Below the pieces are notes generated by a model. That model did not search any database. It was given only the letters and a program-made list of their open reading frames with translations, and had not been told where the DNA came from. From an uncultured Actinomycetota bacterium (lineage in GTDB: Bacteria; Actinomycetota; Actinomycetes; JAHEKZ01), in contig CAVQYR010000002.1 in NCBI GenBank assembly GCA_963718235.1, positions 544,001 through 608,000 of the forward strand: a DNA stretch of 64,000 nt, in the 5' to 3' direction. The translations under genes and the position numbers were made by a program. Below are positions 26,200 to 36,628 of this stretch, piece after piece. Every line of letters starts with the position of its first letter. The stretch's first letter is position 1.

Positions 26200-27128
26200 G
26201 AAGTGACGGGGTTGATCTCAGACGTGGTGATGGCACCGTCACCGACGCCCCACCCGTCGAGGATGGTCTGGTAGGTACCGTCGTCGATCAGGGCCTGGAC
26301 CGCACCCTGGATCGCCTCGGCGAAGTCCGACGCATCCTTCGGGACGACGATTCCGTAGGGCGCCGAGTCGTAGATGTCACCTGTCCCTTCGAGCTGGCCG
26401 TTCGTCTGCTCGATCGCGTACGCAATGACTGTGGAGTCGGCCAAGACCGCATCTGCCTTGCCTGACACAACCGCCCCGGTCGCCTCGGACTGCTGGACGT
26501 ACTGCTGGATGGTGATGGGTTCTTCGCCGGCGTCTGTGCACGTCGTCGATCGGGCGGTGAGGTCATCGACCTGGACGGTTGCCTTCTGCACGGCCACGAT
26601 GTGACCGCAGGCCGTGTCCGGCGTGATGTCGGCTGGGTTGCCCGACGCCACTGCCCACAACGTGCCGGCGGAGTAGTAGCTGATCATCTTCGACTCTTGC
26701 TCACGCTCGGCCGTGATCGTGAACGAGGACATTCCGACGTCGTAGCGGCCCTTGTTCACCCCGACGATGATGGAGTCGAAACTGGCGTTCTGGAACTCCC
26801 CGTCGAGACCGAGCTTGGCTGCGATGGCCACGCCCAGGTCGACGTCGAACCCGACGATCGTGGTGCCGTCCTCGGCGAAGAACTCACTGGGTGCGTATGA
26901 CGCGTCGGTGCCGTAGAGGATCTTTCCGTCGCTGCTGATGTCCGAGGGGACCATCGCAGCGAGGGCGTCATCGGCAGTGACCGAGGCCGGGTCGAAGCTC
27001 TGGGACGCGCCCGCTGCGTCGCTTCCCCCGCCGCCATCGTCACTACCCCCGCAGGCAGCCAGCACAAGGGTGGTGCTCAGACCCAGGGCGGCGAAGGCAA
27101 GAATCTGGCGTCGTGTCGAGAGGGTCAC
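26196..27128 (-). CDS. Polar amino acid ABC substrate-binding lipoprotein
   Basis: Lipobox LAAC, YAPSEF, GFDVDL and YGIVVPK; GAAGGA RBS before GTG 27128. Confidence 0.92.
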   Translation of the reverse strand: MTLSTRRQILAFAALGLSTTLVLAACGGSDDGGGGSDAAGASQSFDPASVTADDALAAMVPSDISSDGKILYGTDASYAPSEFFAEDGTTIVGFDVDLGVAIAAKLGLDGEFQNASFDSIIVGVNKGRYDVGMSSFTITAEREQESKMISYYSAGTLWAVASGNPADITPDTACGHIVAVQKATVQVDDLTARSTTCTDAGEEPITIQQYVQQSEATGAVVSGKADAVLADSTVIAYAIEQTNGQLEGTGDIYDSAPYGIVVPKDASDFAEAIQGAVQALIDDGTYQTILDGWGVGDGAITTSEINPVTS

Positions 27129-27327
27129 AGGAGTTTCCTTCCAATGGTGCGGAACCGAACAGAATGACTGCCCTCGCAGCTGGTGGCCTGCGGACCAGGA
27201 CAGTTGCGCCTGGGTCGAAACTTTCACCAAACCCGGCGCTCGGCACCGTCCGGATGATCACGATTCCGTCACGGTCCCGCCGGACGTGTCGTACGCAGAT
27301 GACAGCTCAGAACTCAAGGGGCCGAGG

Positions 27328-28365
27328 TCACACAAACCTCGGTGCGGTCTCGCCGACCGCCGCGGCAAACCGGTCGACGTCGTCCTCGGTGGTGTCCCAC
27401 GAGCACATCCAGCGAACCTCGTGGGTGGCCTCGTCCCACTCGTAGAAGTGGAACTGGTCCTGCAGCACCTTGACTGCTTCGCCGGGCAGGGTGGCGAAGA
27501 CACCGTTCGCCTGGACCTTCTGGGTCAGGACCACACCGTCGACGCCCTCGACCGCGGTCGCGAGACGTCGGGCCATGGCGTTGGCGTGCGACGCGTTGTG
27601 TCGCCACAGGTCGTCACTGAGCAGGGCCAGGAACTGAGCGGAGATGAACCGCATCTTGCTGGCCAGCTGCATCTGCTGCTTGCGGATGAACAGCGCGTTG
27701 CTGGCGAGGTCAGGGCGGAAGAACACGACGGCCTCGCCCCCGACGAGGCCGTTCTTCGTGCCGCCGAAGGAGAGCACGTCGACACCGCAGTCACCGGTGG
27801 TCTCGCGCAGCTCGACACCCAGCCCCGCGGCCGCATTGCTGATCCGGGCGCCGTCCATGTGCAGGTACATGTCGAGGGAGTGCGCGGTGTCGGCGAGGTC
27901 GCGGATCTCGTCGGGGGAGTAGACGGTGCCGACCTCCGTGGACTGAGTGATCGACACCACCCTCGGCTGCGACCGGTGCTCGTCGCCGATCCCGGTGTGG
28001 GTGGATCGGACGAGGTCCGGCGTGAGCTTGCCGTCCGGCGTCTCGAGGTCGATCAGCTTGCTCCCGAGGTGACGCTCCGGAGCCCCGCACTCGTCGATGT
28101 GGATGTGCGCGGTGCGCGCGCAGACCACGCTCTCCCAGGTGCGCAGCAGGGCCTGCAGCCCCACGACGTTCGCGCCGGTGCCGTTGAAGACGAAGAAGAC
28201 CTCGACCTGCTCGCCCAGCAGCTCGCGAAACCGGCTCACGGCATCGGCCGTGGTGGGGTCGGCGCCGTAGGAGGTGACGTGGCCCACGTTGACCTCGGCG
28301 AGGGCGGCCAGCACGTCTGGGTGCGCCCCTGCGTAGTTGTCGCTGGCGAATCCACGCTGGCTCAT
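27328..28365 (-). CDS. ltaE: Low-specificity L-threonine aldolase
   Basis: FASDNYAG, FNGTGAN, HMDGARISNA, SFGGTKNG and QLASKMRF. Confidence 0.9.
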   Translation of the reverse strand: MSQRGFASDNYAGAHPDVLAALAEVNVGHVTSYGADPTTADAVSRFRELLGEQVEVFFVFNGTGANVVGLQALLRTWESVVCARTAHIHIDECGAPERHLGSKLIDLETPDGKLTPDLVRSTHTGIGDEHRSQPRVVSITQSTEVGTVYSPDEIRDLADTAHSLDMYLHMDGARISNAAAGLGVELRETTGDCGVDVLSFGGTKNGLVGGEAVVFFRPDLASNALFIRKQQMQLASKMRFISAQFLALLSDDLWRHNASHANAMARRLATAVEGVDGVVLTQKVQANGVFATLPGEAVKVLQDQFHFYEWDEATHEVRWMCSWDTTEDDVDRFAAAVGETAPRFV

Positions 28366-29069
28366 GCAGGGCTCCCGGAGTACAGGCGAAGACGTTGACC
28401 GTTCATCGTGGCGGCGGCGTCGGAGGACAGGTAGACGAGAGCGTCGGCGATCACCTCGGCGGACACGAAGGAGGGGCCGCCCTTGGCCGGGTCGGCGGCC
28501 CGCATCTGCGGGGTGAGGATGGCCGGCACCACGACGATGTTCGCCGTGGCGGAACACCCGGCGAGCTCGTCAGCCAGGGCCAGGGTGACAGCCTCGGCAG
28601 CGGCCTTGCCCGCTGCGTAGGCGGCGTTGGTCGACGTCGGTGCCAGCGCCTGCGGCGACGACACGATCGCGAACCGACCTGCCGGTGACGCCTTGAGCGC
28701 AGGGGTGAACGCCCGGATGACGTTGACCGTCGTGCGGACGAGCCCGTCGTACAGCTGCGCCCAGTCGTCGAGGCTCTGCTCGTGCACCGGGCGGCCCCCG
28801 CGCCACCCACCGACCAGGTGCCACACGAGGTCGACGTCGTCGACGAGGGACGCCGCCAGCTCAGTGACCGCGGTGGGGTCGATCAGGTCGACGGGGTGGG
28901 ACCCGGCCACCGCGGGGCCCAGCTCGGCCGCGAGCCCGGCGAGTGCGGTCGGGTCGCGGCCGACGAGGTGGACCGAGGCGCCAGCAGCAGCAGCTGCCGC
29001 GCAGGCCACCGGCCCGAGCCCGCCCGTCGCACCCGTGACCAGCAGCCGACGCCCGGCCAGCGGACTCAT
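28362..29069 (-). CDS. SDR family oxidoreductase
   Basis: TGATGGLG and YAAGK. Confidence 0.88.
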   Translation of the reverse strand: MSPLAGRRLLVTGATGGLGPVACAAAAAAGASVHLVGRDPTALAGLAAELGPAVAGSHPVDLIDPTAVTELAASLVDDVDLVWHLVGGWRGGRPVHEQSLDDWAQLYDGLVRTTVNVIRAFTPALKASPAGRFAIVSSPQALAPTSTNAAYAAGKAAAEAVTLALADELAGCSATANIVVVPAILTPQMRAADPAKGGPSFVSAEVIADALVYLSSDAAATMNGQRLRLYSGSPA

Positions 29070-29251
29070 GACGGGTCGTCCGGGTCGTCGTCGAGGCGGG
29101 CGAGCCAGGTGGCGAGCCGCTCGACCGGCGTCTCGAAGTCCGGGTTCAGGTCGACGAACTCGCGCAACCGCTCGGCCAGCCAGTCCAGGCTCACCTGCTC
29201 GTCGCCCCGTCGCTGCTGCAGCTCCTCGATGCCGCGGTCGGTGAAGTACAT
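29066..29251 (-). CDS. DUF6104-like small conserved actinobacterial protein
   Basis: MYFTDRGIEEL..FVDLNPDFETPVERLATWLARLD; follows kgd. Confidence 0.85.
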   Translation of the reverse strand: MYFTDRGIEELQQRRGDEQVSLDWLAERLREFVDLNPDFETPVERLATWLARLDDDPDDPS

Positions 29252-29252
29252 G

Positions 29253-32200
29253 TCAGGCGAAGGCCGCTTCGACGATCTCCCGCTGCTCGCGCTCGTGCGA
29301 CTGGTGCGAACCGCCGGCCGGGGCGGAGCTCGCGGGTCGGGAGACTCGGGTCAGGGAGTGACCCAGCGCCTCGGCGAGGTTCAGCGCCACGAAGGGCCAG
29401 GCTCCCTGGTTCGCCGGTTCCTCCTGGACCCAGCGTAGCTCGGCGTCCCCGTACTTGGCGATGGCGTGGAAGACCGGCTGGGCGGGCAGGGGGTACAGCC
29501 GCTCGACGCGCACCAGCGCGGTGTCGGTGATGCCGTGCTTGTCGCGGTAGGCGGCCAGGTCGTAGTAGACCTTGCCGGTCGACAGCACCACCTTGCGCAC
29601 CTCGGACTGGTCGACGCTCTCGTCGTCGATGACGGGACGGAAGTGACCGCTGGTGAAGTCGGCCGTCGCGCTGACCGCCGCCTTGTTGCGCAGCATCGAC
29701 TTCGGCGTGAACAGCACGAGAGGACGTCGAACCGGCGACAGCGCCTGCCACCGGAGCAGGTGGAAGAGGTTGGCTGGCGTCGTGAGGTTGGCGATGGTCA
29801 TGTTGTCCTGCGCCCCCATCTGCAGGAACCGCTCGATGCGCGCGGACGAGTGGTCGGGACCTTGCCCCTCGTAGCCGTGCGGAAGCAGGAGGACGACGCT
29901 GGACCGTTGGCCCCACTTCTGCTCTCCGGAGGAGATGAACTCGTCGATGATCGTCTGGGCGCCGTTGACGAAGTCGCCGAACTGCGCCTCCCACATGACC
30001 AGGGCGTCGGGTCGCGCCACCGAGTAGCCGTACTCGAATCCGACGGCGGCGAACTCACTGAGCGGGCTGTCGTACACGTACAGCCGAGAGCCCTTCTCGT
30101 ACATGCGCTTCAACGGCTTGTAGGCCCACCCGCTGTTGCGGTCGATGATGACCATGTGCCGCTGCCCGAAGGTGCCGCGGCGGGAGTCCTGTCCGGCGAG
30201 GCGCACGGACACTCCGTCGGCGAGCAGCGACCCGATGGCGAGCGTCTCGCCCATGGCCCAGTCGATCGTGTCGTCGGTGACCATCTGCGCACGTCGCTGC
30301 AGCTGCGGGGCCAGCCGGTGGTGCACGGAGAATCCCTCGGGCAGGTTCAGCTGCGTGTCGACCACGCCGTCGATCACCGAACGCTCCACAGCCGTCGGAA
30401 CGTCGCGCTCGGGGGTCTGGGGGGCCAGGGTGACCTCACCGCGCTGCTCGACCTCGGTGACGGGCTCGATGTCGGGTGAGTCCTCGCCGGAGCCACGGGT
30501 CTCGGTGAAGACCTTCTCCAGCTGCTGCTGGTAGTCACGCAGCGCCTGCTCGGCCTCCTCGACGGAGATGTCCCCGCGCCCGACCAGGGCCTCGGTGTAC
30601 AGCTTGCGCACCGATCGCTTGGCGTCGATGACGTTGTACATCAGAGGCTGGGTCAGCGACGGGTCGTCGGCCTCGTTGTGCCCGCGGCGCCGGTAGGACA
30701 TCAGGTCGATGACGACGTCCTTCTTGAACGCCTGACGGAACTGGAAGGCGAGCTGGGCCACGCGCACGACCGCCTCAGGGTCGTCACCGTTGACGTGGAA
30801 GATGGGGGACTGCACGGTGCGGGCGACGTCGGTCGCGTACACGCTGGAGCGCGCGGCGGCCGGAGCGGTGGTGAACCCGACCTGGTTGTTCACGACGACG
30901 TGGATGGAGCCGCCCGTGCGGTACCCCCGCAGCTGGGACAGCTCCAGGGTCTCGGCCACCACTCCCTGCCCGGCGAAGGCCGCGTCGCCGTGCAGCAGCA
31001 GGGGGAGGACGGTGAAGCCGTGCTCGCCCAGTCCGAGGATGTCCTGCTTGGCCCGGGCGAAGCCCTCCAGGACCGGGTCGACCGCCTCGAGGTGGCTGGG
31101 GTTGGAGACGAGCGAGACGGCGACCGTCGAGCCGTCGGCCGCCTTGAACGTGCCCGCGGCGCCGAGGTGGTACTTGACGTCCCCGGACCCCTGCACCGCG
31201 TGGACGTCGAGGTTACCCTCGAACTCCCGGAAGATCTGGCCGTAGCTCTTGCCGACGATGTTGGCCAGCACGTTCAGCCGGCCACGGTGGGGCATGCCGA
31301 CGGTGACCTCGTGCAGGCCGGCCTGCGCCGCCTCGGTCAGGATCTCGTCGAGCAGGGGGATGACCGACTCGCTGCCCTCGAGGGAGAAGCGCTTCTGGCC
31401 CACGTACTTGGTCTGCAGGAAGGTCTCGAACGCCTCGGCACCGTTGAGCCGGCGCAGGATGCGCAGCTGCTCGTCCTGGCTGGGGCGCTCGTGGGGGCGC
31501 TCGACCCGCTCCTGGATCCACCGGCGCTGGTCGGGGTCCTGGATGTGCATGTACTCGATCCCGACCGTGCGGGCGTAGGAGTCACGCAGGACGCCGAGGA
31601 TGTCGCGCAGCTGCATGAGCGGCTGGCCGCCGAAACCCCCGGTGGCGAACTCGCGGTCGAGGTCCCACAGGGTCAGCCCGTGGTTGACCAGGTCGAGGTC
31701 GGGGTGCCGCCTCTGCTCGTACTCCAGAGGGTCGGTGTCGGCCATCAGGTGGCCACGCACGCGGTAGGCGTGGATGAGCTCTTGCACCCGCGCCGTCTTG
31801 TTGATGTCGTCCTCGTGCGAGGCCGTGATGTCGGACACCCAGCGGATCGGCTCGTAGGGGATCCGCAAGGCGCCGAAGATGGTGTCGTAGAAGTCGTCGT
31901 CACCGAGCAGCAGGGCATGTACCCGGCGCAGGAAGTCCCCGGACTGAGCGCCCTGGATGATCCGGTGGTCGTAGGTCGAGGTGAGCGTGACCACCTTGCT
32001 GACCGCCAGCCTGGCGAGGGTCTCCGAGGATGCCCCCTGGTACTCGGCCGGGTACTCCAGTGCGCCGATCCCGATGATGGCGCCCTGGCCCTGCATCAGC
32101 CTTGGCACCGAGTGGACCGTGCCGATCGTCCCGGGGTTGGTGATGCTCATGGTCGTTCCGGCGAAGTCGTCGGCGGTGAGCTTGGCGCTGCGGGCCCGGC

Positions 32201-32948
32201 GCACGATGTCCTCGTAGGCGGCCCAGAACTGGGTGAAGTCCATCAGGTCGGCGGCCTTGATGCTCGGGACGACCAGCTGACGGCTCCCGTCGTCCTTGGC
32301 CAGGTCGATGGCCAGGCCGAGGTTCAGGTGCTCAGGGCGGATCACGACCGGCTTGCCCTCGACCTCGCCGTAGGAGGCGTTCATCTCCGGCATGGTGTCG
32401 AGCGCCTGCACCAGCGCCCACCCGATCAGGTGGGTGAACGAGATCTTGCCGCCGCGGCTGCGGCGCAGGTGGTTGTTGATCACGGTGCGGTTGTCGATCA
32501 GGAGCTTCGCGGGGACCGAGCGAACGCTCGTCGCGGTCGGAACCGCGAGCGAGGCCTCCATGTTGGTGACGACCCGCGCCGCCGGCCCGCGCAGGACGGT
32601 GGTGTCGGACCCGGCGGGAGGTGGCGGGACCGGGGCGATGGGGCCGGCAGCGGTCGGCGTCGGAGCAGGCTGGGCGGGAGCCGGGTGGGCCGGAGCGGGC
32701 GCAGGCACGGGAGTGACCGGAGCGGGGGCCACGGGGGTGATGGTCACTGCGGTGGCGTCCGGTGGCGGGGTCGGCACCCGGGAGGCCGCTGCGCTCGCCT
32801 CGGAAGGCCGGTAGTCGTCGAAGAACCCGTGCCACGCCGGGTCGACCGACGAGGGGTCCGCGAGGTACTGCTGGTACAGCTCGTCGACCAGCCACTGGTT
32901 GGGCCCGAACTCCGCGGATCGACTGGTCTGCTGCGGTTGAGTGGTCAC
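29253..32948 (-). CDS. kgd: Multifunctional 2-oxoglutarate decarboxylase/dehydrogenase (E1 with fused E2-like domain)
   Basis: [40 protein letters not shown] and WEAQFGDF. Confidence 0.97.
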   Translation of the reverse strand: MTTQPQQTSRSAEFGPNQWLVDELYQQYLADPSSVDPAWHGFFDDYRPSEASAAASRVPTPPPDATAVTITPVAPAPVTPVPAPAPAHPAPAQPAPTPTAAGPIAPVPPPPAGSDTTVLRGPAARVVTNMEASLAVPTATSVRSVPAKLLIDNRTVINNHLRRSRGGKISFTHLIGWALVQALDTMPEMNASYGEVEGKPVVIRPEHLNLGLAIDLAKDDGSRQLVVPSIKAADLMDFTQFWAAYEDIVRRARSAKLTADDFAGTTMSITNPGTIGTVHSVPRLMQGQGAIIGIGALEYPAEYQGASSETLARLAVSKVVTLTSTYDHRIIQGAQSGDFLRRVHALLLGDDDFYDTIFGALRIPYEPIRWVSDITASHEDDINKTARVQELIHAYRVRGHLMADTDPLEYEQRRHPDLDLVNHGLTLWDLDREFATGGFGGQPLMQLRDILGVLRDSYARTVGIEYMHIQDPDQRRWIQERVERPHERPSQDEQLRILRRLNGAEAFETFLQTKYVGQKRFSLEGSESVIPLLDEILTEAAQAGLHEVTVGMPHRGRLNVLANIVGKSYGQIFREFEGNLDVHAVQGSGDVKYHLGAAGTFKAADGSTVAVSLVSNPSHLEAVDPVLEGFARAKQDILGLGEHGFTVLPLLLHGDAAFAGQGVVAETLELSQLRGYRTGGSIHVVVNNQVGFTTAPAAARSSVYATDVARTVQSPIFHVNGDDPEAVVRVAQLAFQFRQAFKKDVVIDLMSYRRRGHNEADDPSLTQPLMYNVIDAKRSVRKLYTEALVGRGDISVEEAEQALRDYQQQLEKVFTETRGSGEDSPDIEPVTEVEQRGEVTLAPQTPERDVPTAVERSVIDGVVDTQLNLPEGFSVHHRLAPQLQRRAQMVTDDTIDWAMGETLAIGSLLADGVSVRLAGQDSRRGTFGQRHMVIIDRNSGWAYKPLKRMYEKGSRLYVYDSPLSEFAAVGFEYGYSVARPDALVMWEAQFGDFVNGAQTIIDEFISSGEQKWGQRSSVVLLLPHGYEGQGPDHSSARIERFLQMGAQDNMTIANLTTPANLFHLLRWQALSPVRRPLVLFTPKSMLRNKAAVSATADFTSGHFRPVIDDESVDQSEVRKVVLSTGKVYYDLAAYRDKHGITDTALVRVERLYPLPAQPVFHAIAKYGDAELRWVQEEPANQGAWPFVALNLAEALGHSLTRVSRPASSAPAGGSHQSHEREQREIVEAAFA

Positions 32949-33052
32949 AGGTCCTCGCATCGACGGTCGGTGCCCTCAGCCTAGACCGGTTGACGGCGTC
33001 GGGCCGCGCACCGCCGAGTTGCGGATCGGTCCGGACCCGGCACGGTGGAGCC

Positions 33053-33778
33053 ATGCCATCGTCCCGTCAGGTCGCGCTGGTCACCGGAGGTTCCCGGGGG
33101 ATCGGGCGCGCGGTGGCAACCGGGCTGGCTGAGGCGGGGGCGACCGTCGTCATCGTGGCGCGCGACGAAGAGCGAGTCTCGGTGACTGCCCGTGAGCTGG
33201 TGGACGACGGGCTCGACGTCGTCGGGTTCGCCTGCGACGTGTCCGACGACCAGGCCGTGCGAGAGCTGCCCCAGCGTCTCGGCCCCCTCGCGGAGGTCGA
33301 CGTGCTCGTCAACGCAGCTGGGGTGATGAGTGAGCGGATGGCCAAGTCGTTGCGCGCAGACGACGCCGAGTGGCGACGGGTCCTCGGGACCAACCTCGAG
33401 GGTCCGGTCCGGATGGTGCGCACCTTCGCGCCGGGCATGGTCGAGCGACGCGACGGGCGGATCATCAACGTGTCCGCCTGCCTGGGTCGGTTCACCGGAC
33501 CGGGACTCGCCGGTGGCCTGGCTCCCTACCGGGTCAGCAAGAGTGCGCTGAACGCCTACACCCGCAACCTGGCCGCCGAGCTCGGCTTCGGCCGGCGTGG
33601 TGTCTTCGCCGACGTGGTCTGCCCCGGCCACTGCCGGACCGACCTGGGGGGAGCGAGCGCCCCGAGGTCACCGGAGCAGGGCGCTGACACGGTCCTCTGG
33701 CTCGCCGGTCGTACGGTGGACCCCGGTCCCGACTCGACCGGGCTGCTCTGGGAGGACCGCGCGGTGGTCCCGTGGTGA
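33053..33778 (+). CDS. SDR family oxidoreductase (carbonyl reductase-like)
   Basis: TGGSRGIG, YRVSK, CPGHCRTDLGG and GADTVLWL. Confidence 0.9.
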   Translation: MPSSRQVALVTGGSRGIGRAVATGLAEAGATVVIVARDEERVSVTARELVDDGLDVVGFACDVSDDQAVRELPQRLGPLAEVDVLVNAAGVMSERMAKSLRADDAEWRRVLGTNLEGPVRMVRTFAPGMVERRDGRIINVSACLGRFTGPGLAGGLAPYRVSKSALNAYTRNLAAELGFGRRGVFADVVCPGHCRTDLGGASAPRSPEQGADTVLWLAGRTVDPGPDSTGLLWEDRAVVPW

Positions 33779-33782
33779 GGGC

Positions 33783-34553
33783 TCAGGTGACGTCGCGGCG
33801 CACCGTCGTCCGGGCGCCGACGAGGGCCAGCACGATCCCGTAGGCGGCGAACAGTGCCGCGCCGGCTCCTTGGCCGAGCAGCTCGCCCCCGCGCATAGGC
33901 TGCCCGAGTGTCATCGCCGAGGCCGCCCCACCGGGCAGCCACCGACCGACCTCTGGCACGAAGGTGACGAGCAGGGACTCCACGAGCAGCATCCAGACCA
34001 GCGCCACCGCGAGGGCGGCGACCTGGTTGCGCACGAGCGCGCCGAACCCCACGCCGAGCACGGCGTACAAGGTCACCGCCACCAGGCACCCGAGCAGGAT
34101 CTGCGGGACCTGGTCGTCGGCCGACACGGTGACGCCCTTCCAGTCCAGCATCGGCCAGGCGATGGCCACGGTGAGCGCGATCCCAGCCGCGGCGTACCCG
34201 ACGGCGACGATCGGCAGGGCGAGCGCCTTGGCCGCGATGACCCGACCGCGTCGGGGCACCGCCATGAAGGTGCTGACCGCGGTGCCGTGGCGGAACTCCG
34301 AGGTGACCGACAAGACCCCCAGGAGCAGCGTGAAGACCGCCGCCTGCAACGTGGCGGCGAACACGTTGCGAATCCCCTCGGGGGAGTCCAGCGCTGGGAT
34401 GCCCTGCTGGGCCGGGGCCTGGTCGCTCGCCAGGACCTGGGCCACCACGTTGACCGTGGTGAGGACGAGGAAGCCCAGCAGCAGCCCCCAGACGGCCCGG
34501 GTGGTCGCGGTCTTGCGGAGCTCGACCCGCACCTGGCGCAGCAGGCCCCTCAT
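33783..34553 (-). CDS. ABC-2 type exporter permease
   Basis: Six TM segments, SEFRHGT and C-terminal RRDVT. Confidence 0.88.
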   Translation of the reverse strand: MRGLLRQVRVELRKTATTRAVWGLLLGFLVLTTVNVVAQVLASDQAPAQQGIPALDSPEGIRNVFAATLQAAVFTLLLGVLSVTSEFRHGTAVSTFMAVPRRGRVIAAKALALPIVAVGYAAAGIALTVAIAWPMLDWKGVTVSADDQVPQILLGCLVAVTLYAVLGVGFGALVRNQVAALAVALVWMLLVESLLVTFVPEVGRWLPGGAASAMTLGQPMRGGELLGQGAGAALFAAYGIVLALVGARTTVRRDVT

Positions 34554-35530
34554 CTGCGGCTCCCGTCGCGTGACTCCTCGACGAGGCGCAGGAACACCGA
34601 CTCGAGGTCGGGCTGCTCGTCGACGAGCCAGTGGACGGCGATGCCGGCGCGGGCGGCGATGTCACCGACCTCGGCGGCCGAGGCACCGTGCACCGCGAGC
34701 GTGTCGCCCGGCCCGGCGTCTGCTGGGGGCTCGGCGCGGTGCCCGAGGGCGGCGAGTGCGACCGCAAGATCGTCGGCCTGGGGTGAACGGACGAGCACGG
34801 TCGTCGCCTGGTCGGCGAGCAGCTCGTGGAGCGGCGCGGCACGGACCAGCCGGCCGCGGTCGATGATCACGACGTCGTCGGCGATCTGGGCCACCTCGGC
34901 AAGCGCGTGGCTGGAGACCAGCACCGTGCGACCGTCGTCGGCGAGGAACCTCAGGAACCCGCGCAGCCAGGCCACGCCCTCCGGGTCGAGCCCGTTCGCC
35001 GGCTCGTCGAGCAGCAGCACCTGTGGGTCGGCGACGAGTGCGGTGGCCAGCCCGAGCCGTTGCCGCATGCCCAGGGAGAAGCCGGCGACCCTACGGTCGG
35101 CCACGTCGGCCAGGCCCACCTGCACGAGCAGGTCCTCGACCCGCTTCGCACCCGCACGACCCCCGCGACCGGCCTGCAGGGTGACGACGCGCAGGTGGTT
35201 GCGGGCCGTCCGCCCGGGGTGGAAGCCCCCGCTGTCCAGCGCGGCCCCGACCATCCCGCACGGGTCGGGCAGGTCGGCGAACCGACGTCCGGCGACCAGG
35301 GCCACACCGGCGCTCGGGCGCACGAGACCGACCAGGGTGCGCAAGGTGGTCGTCTTTCCCGCGCCGTTGGGGCCGAGGAAGCCGGTGACGGAGCCGGGCT
35401 CGGCCCGGAAGGACAGTCCGTCGAGCGCGACGACGTTTCCGAACGACTTGGTGAGCGCATCGACCTGCACCGCAGCGCCGGCTTCGGGGCCGGTGGCGGT
35501 GGCGGGGAGGTCGCCGTCGACGCCCGGCAC
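34550..35530 (-). CDS. ABC exporter ATP-binding protein (BcrA-like)
   Basis: GPNGAGKTT, FSLGMRQRLG and LDEPANGLDP; start position uncertain. Confidence 0.9.
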   Translation of the reverse strand: MPGVDGDLPATATGPEAGAAVQVDALTKSFGNVVALDGLSFRAEPGSVTGFLGPNGAGKTTTLRTLVGLVRPSAGVALVAGRRFADLPDPCGMVGAALDSGGFHPGRTARNHLRVVTLQAGRGGRAGAKRVEDLLVQVGLADVADRRVAGFSLGMRQRLGLATALVADPQVLLLDEPANGLDPEGVAWLRGFLRFLADDGRTVLVSSHALAEVAQIADDVVIIDRGRLVRAAPLHELLADQATTVLVRSPQADDLAVALAALGHRAEPPADAGPGDTLAVHGASAAEVGDIAARAGIAVHWLVDEQPDLESVFLRLVEESRDGSRR

Positions 35531-35532
35531 GG

Positions 35533-36609
35533 TCAGCCCCGAAGCCCGTGCAACGTTGCGAGCACCAGCGAACCGAGCGTCGGAAGGTGGTACCCACCCT
35601 CCTGGACCGCCACCACAGGGACACCGAGCTGCCGGATCAGCGAACCCGCGGCCCGGTAGCCGTCGTGGGTGATCCGAAGGGGGCTCTCCGGGTCGGCCGC
35701 AGCCGCGTCGACGCCGAGCGAGACGACGACCGCGGAGGCGCCGAAGCCGGCGACGTCGGCGACGATCGACTCGAGACCGGTGAGCCACGGGTCATCCGGT
35801 GTCTCCGGCGCCAGGGGGAGGTTGCGGTTCGTTCCGAGGCCGGCGCCACGTCCGCGCTCGTCGGCGAAGCCCATGTAGTGCGGGAACCAGCCGCACCCCG
35901 GGTCGATGTGCAGGGAACCGTAGAAGACGTCGGCGCGGTCGTAGAAGAGCATCTGCGTGCCGTTGCCGTGGTGGGCGTCGATGTCGATGACCGCGACCCG
36001 CTCATGGCCGCCGTTGCGCAGCGCCTGCGCGGCAACTCCCGCGTTGTTCAGGTAGCACGAGCCGCCGTAGGAGTCACGCGTCACGTGGTGCCCGGGAGGA
36101 CGGCAGATCCCGTACACCACCGGCTCGCCGGCCAGGCTGCGGTCGACGGCGGTCAGGGCGACGTCGACGGCTCCACGGGCCGCCTCCCAGGTGCCGGGCC
36201 CGATGAGGGTCATGGTGTCGTACCCGTAGCGACCGGCCCGACCGTGCACCCCGGCCGGGCGGCGCAGCGGGAGTCCCGACAGCATCCCCGGCGTGGGGAA
36301 CACGTAGGGGACGATCCGGTCCTGGCCGGGGTCGTCGAGGAAGCCGTCGGCCACCCACTCGTCGTACCCGTCCCGCAGGAAGCCGAGCAGGCCGTCGTCG
36401 TGGACCTGTCGCAGCACGGTGTCGTCGTGGGGTGCTGCGTCCAAGATCCGTGCACCGGCCTCCTCGGCTGCGAGCCGGATCACCTGCGGGCGTTCCTTCA
36501 GCTCGGTGCCGGCGATGGCGACCCCGAGCCAGACCTCGGCCTTCGGGTCGTGGAGCAGGCTCGACTCCGACCACACCACGGTCATGTCCAGGGGCTCGTT
36601 CACGCTCAT
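35533..36609 (-). CDS. Histone deacetylase family / acetylpolyamine amidohydrolase
   Basis: CRPPGHH, YLNNA, DIDAHHGNGTQ, SLGVD and QEGGY. Confidence 0.9.
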   Translation of the reverse strand: MSVNEPLDMTVVWSESSLLHDPKAEVWLGVAIAGTELKERPQVIRLAAEEAGARILDAAPHDDTVLRQVHDDGLLGFLRDGYDEWVADGFLDDPGQDRIVPYVFPTPGMLSGLPLRRPAGVHGRAGRYGYDTMTLIGPGTWEAARGAVDVALTAVDRSLAGEPVVYGICRPPGHHVTRDSYGGSCYLNNAGVAAQALRNGGHERVAVIDIDAHHGNGTQMLFYDRADVFYGSLHIDPGCGWFPHYMGFADERGRGAGLGTNRNLPLAPETPDDPWLTGLESIVADVAGFGASAVVVSLGVDAAAADPESPLRITHDGYRAAGSLIRQLGVPVVAVQEGGYHLPTLGSLVLATLHGLRG

Positions 36610-36628
36610 GTGCGGCATGCTGGCACGC

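Noticed and set aside
27130-27320. Guanidine riboswitch upstream of the ABC/ureohydrolase operon
   Set aside because: CCGGACGGTGC only loosely resembles guanidine-III, lacking ACGAGG and the pseudoknot partner; there are no twin ACGR hairpins.
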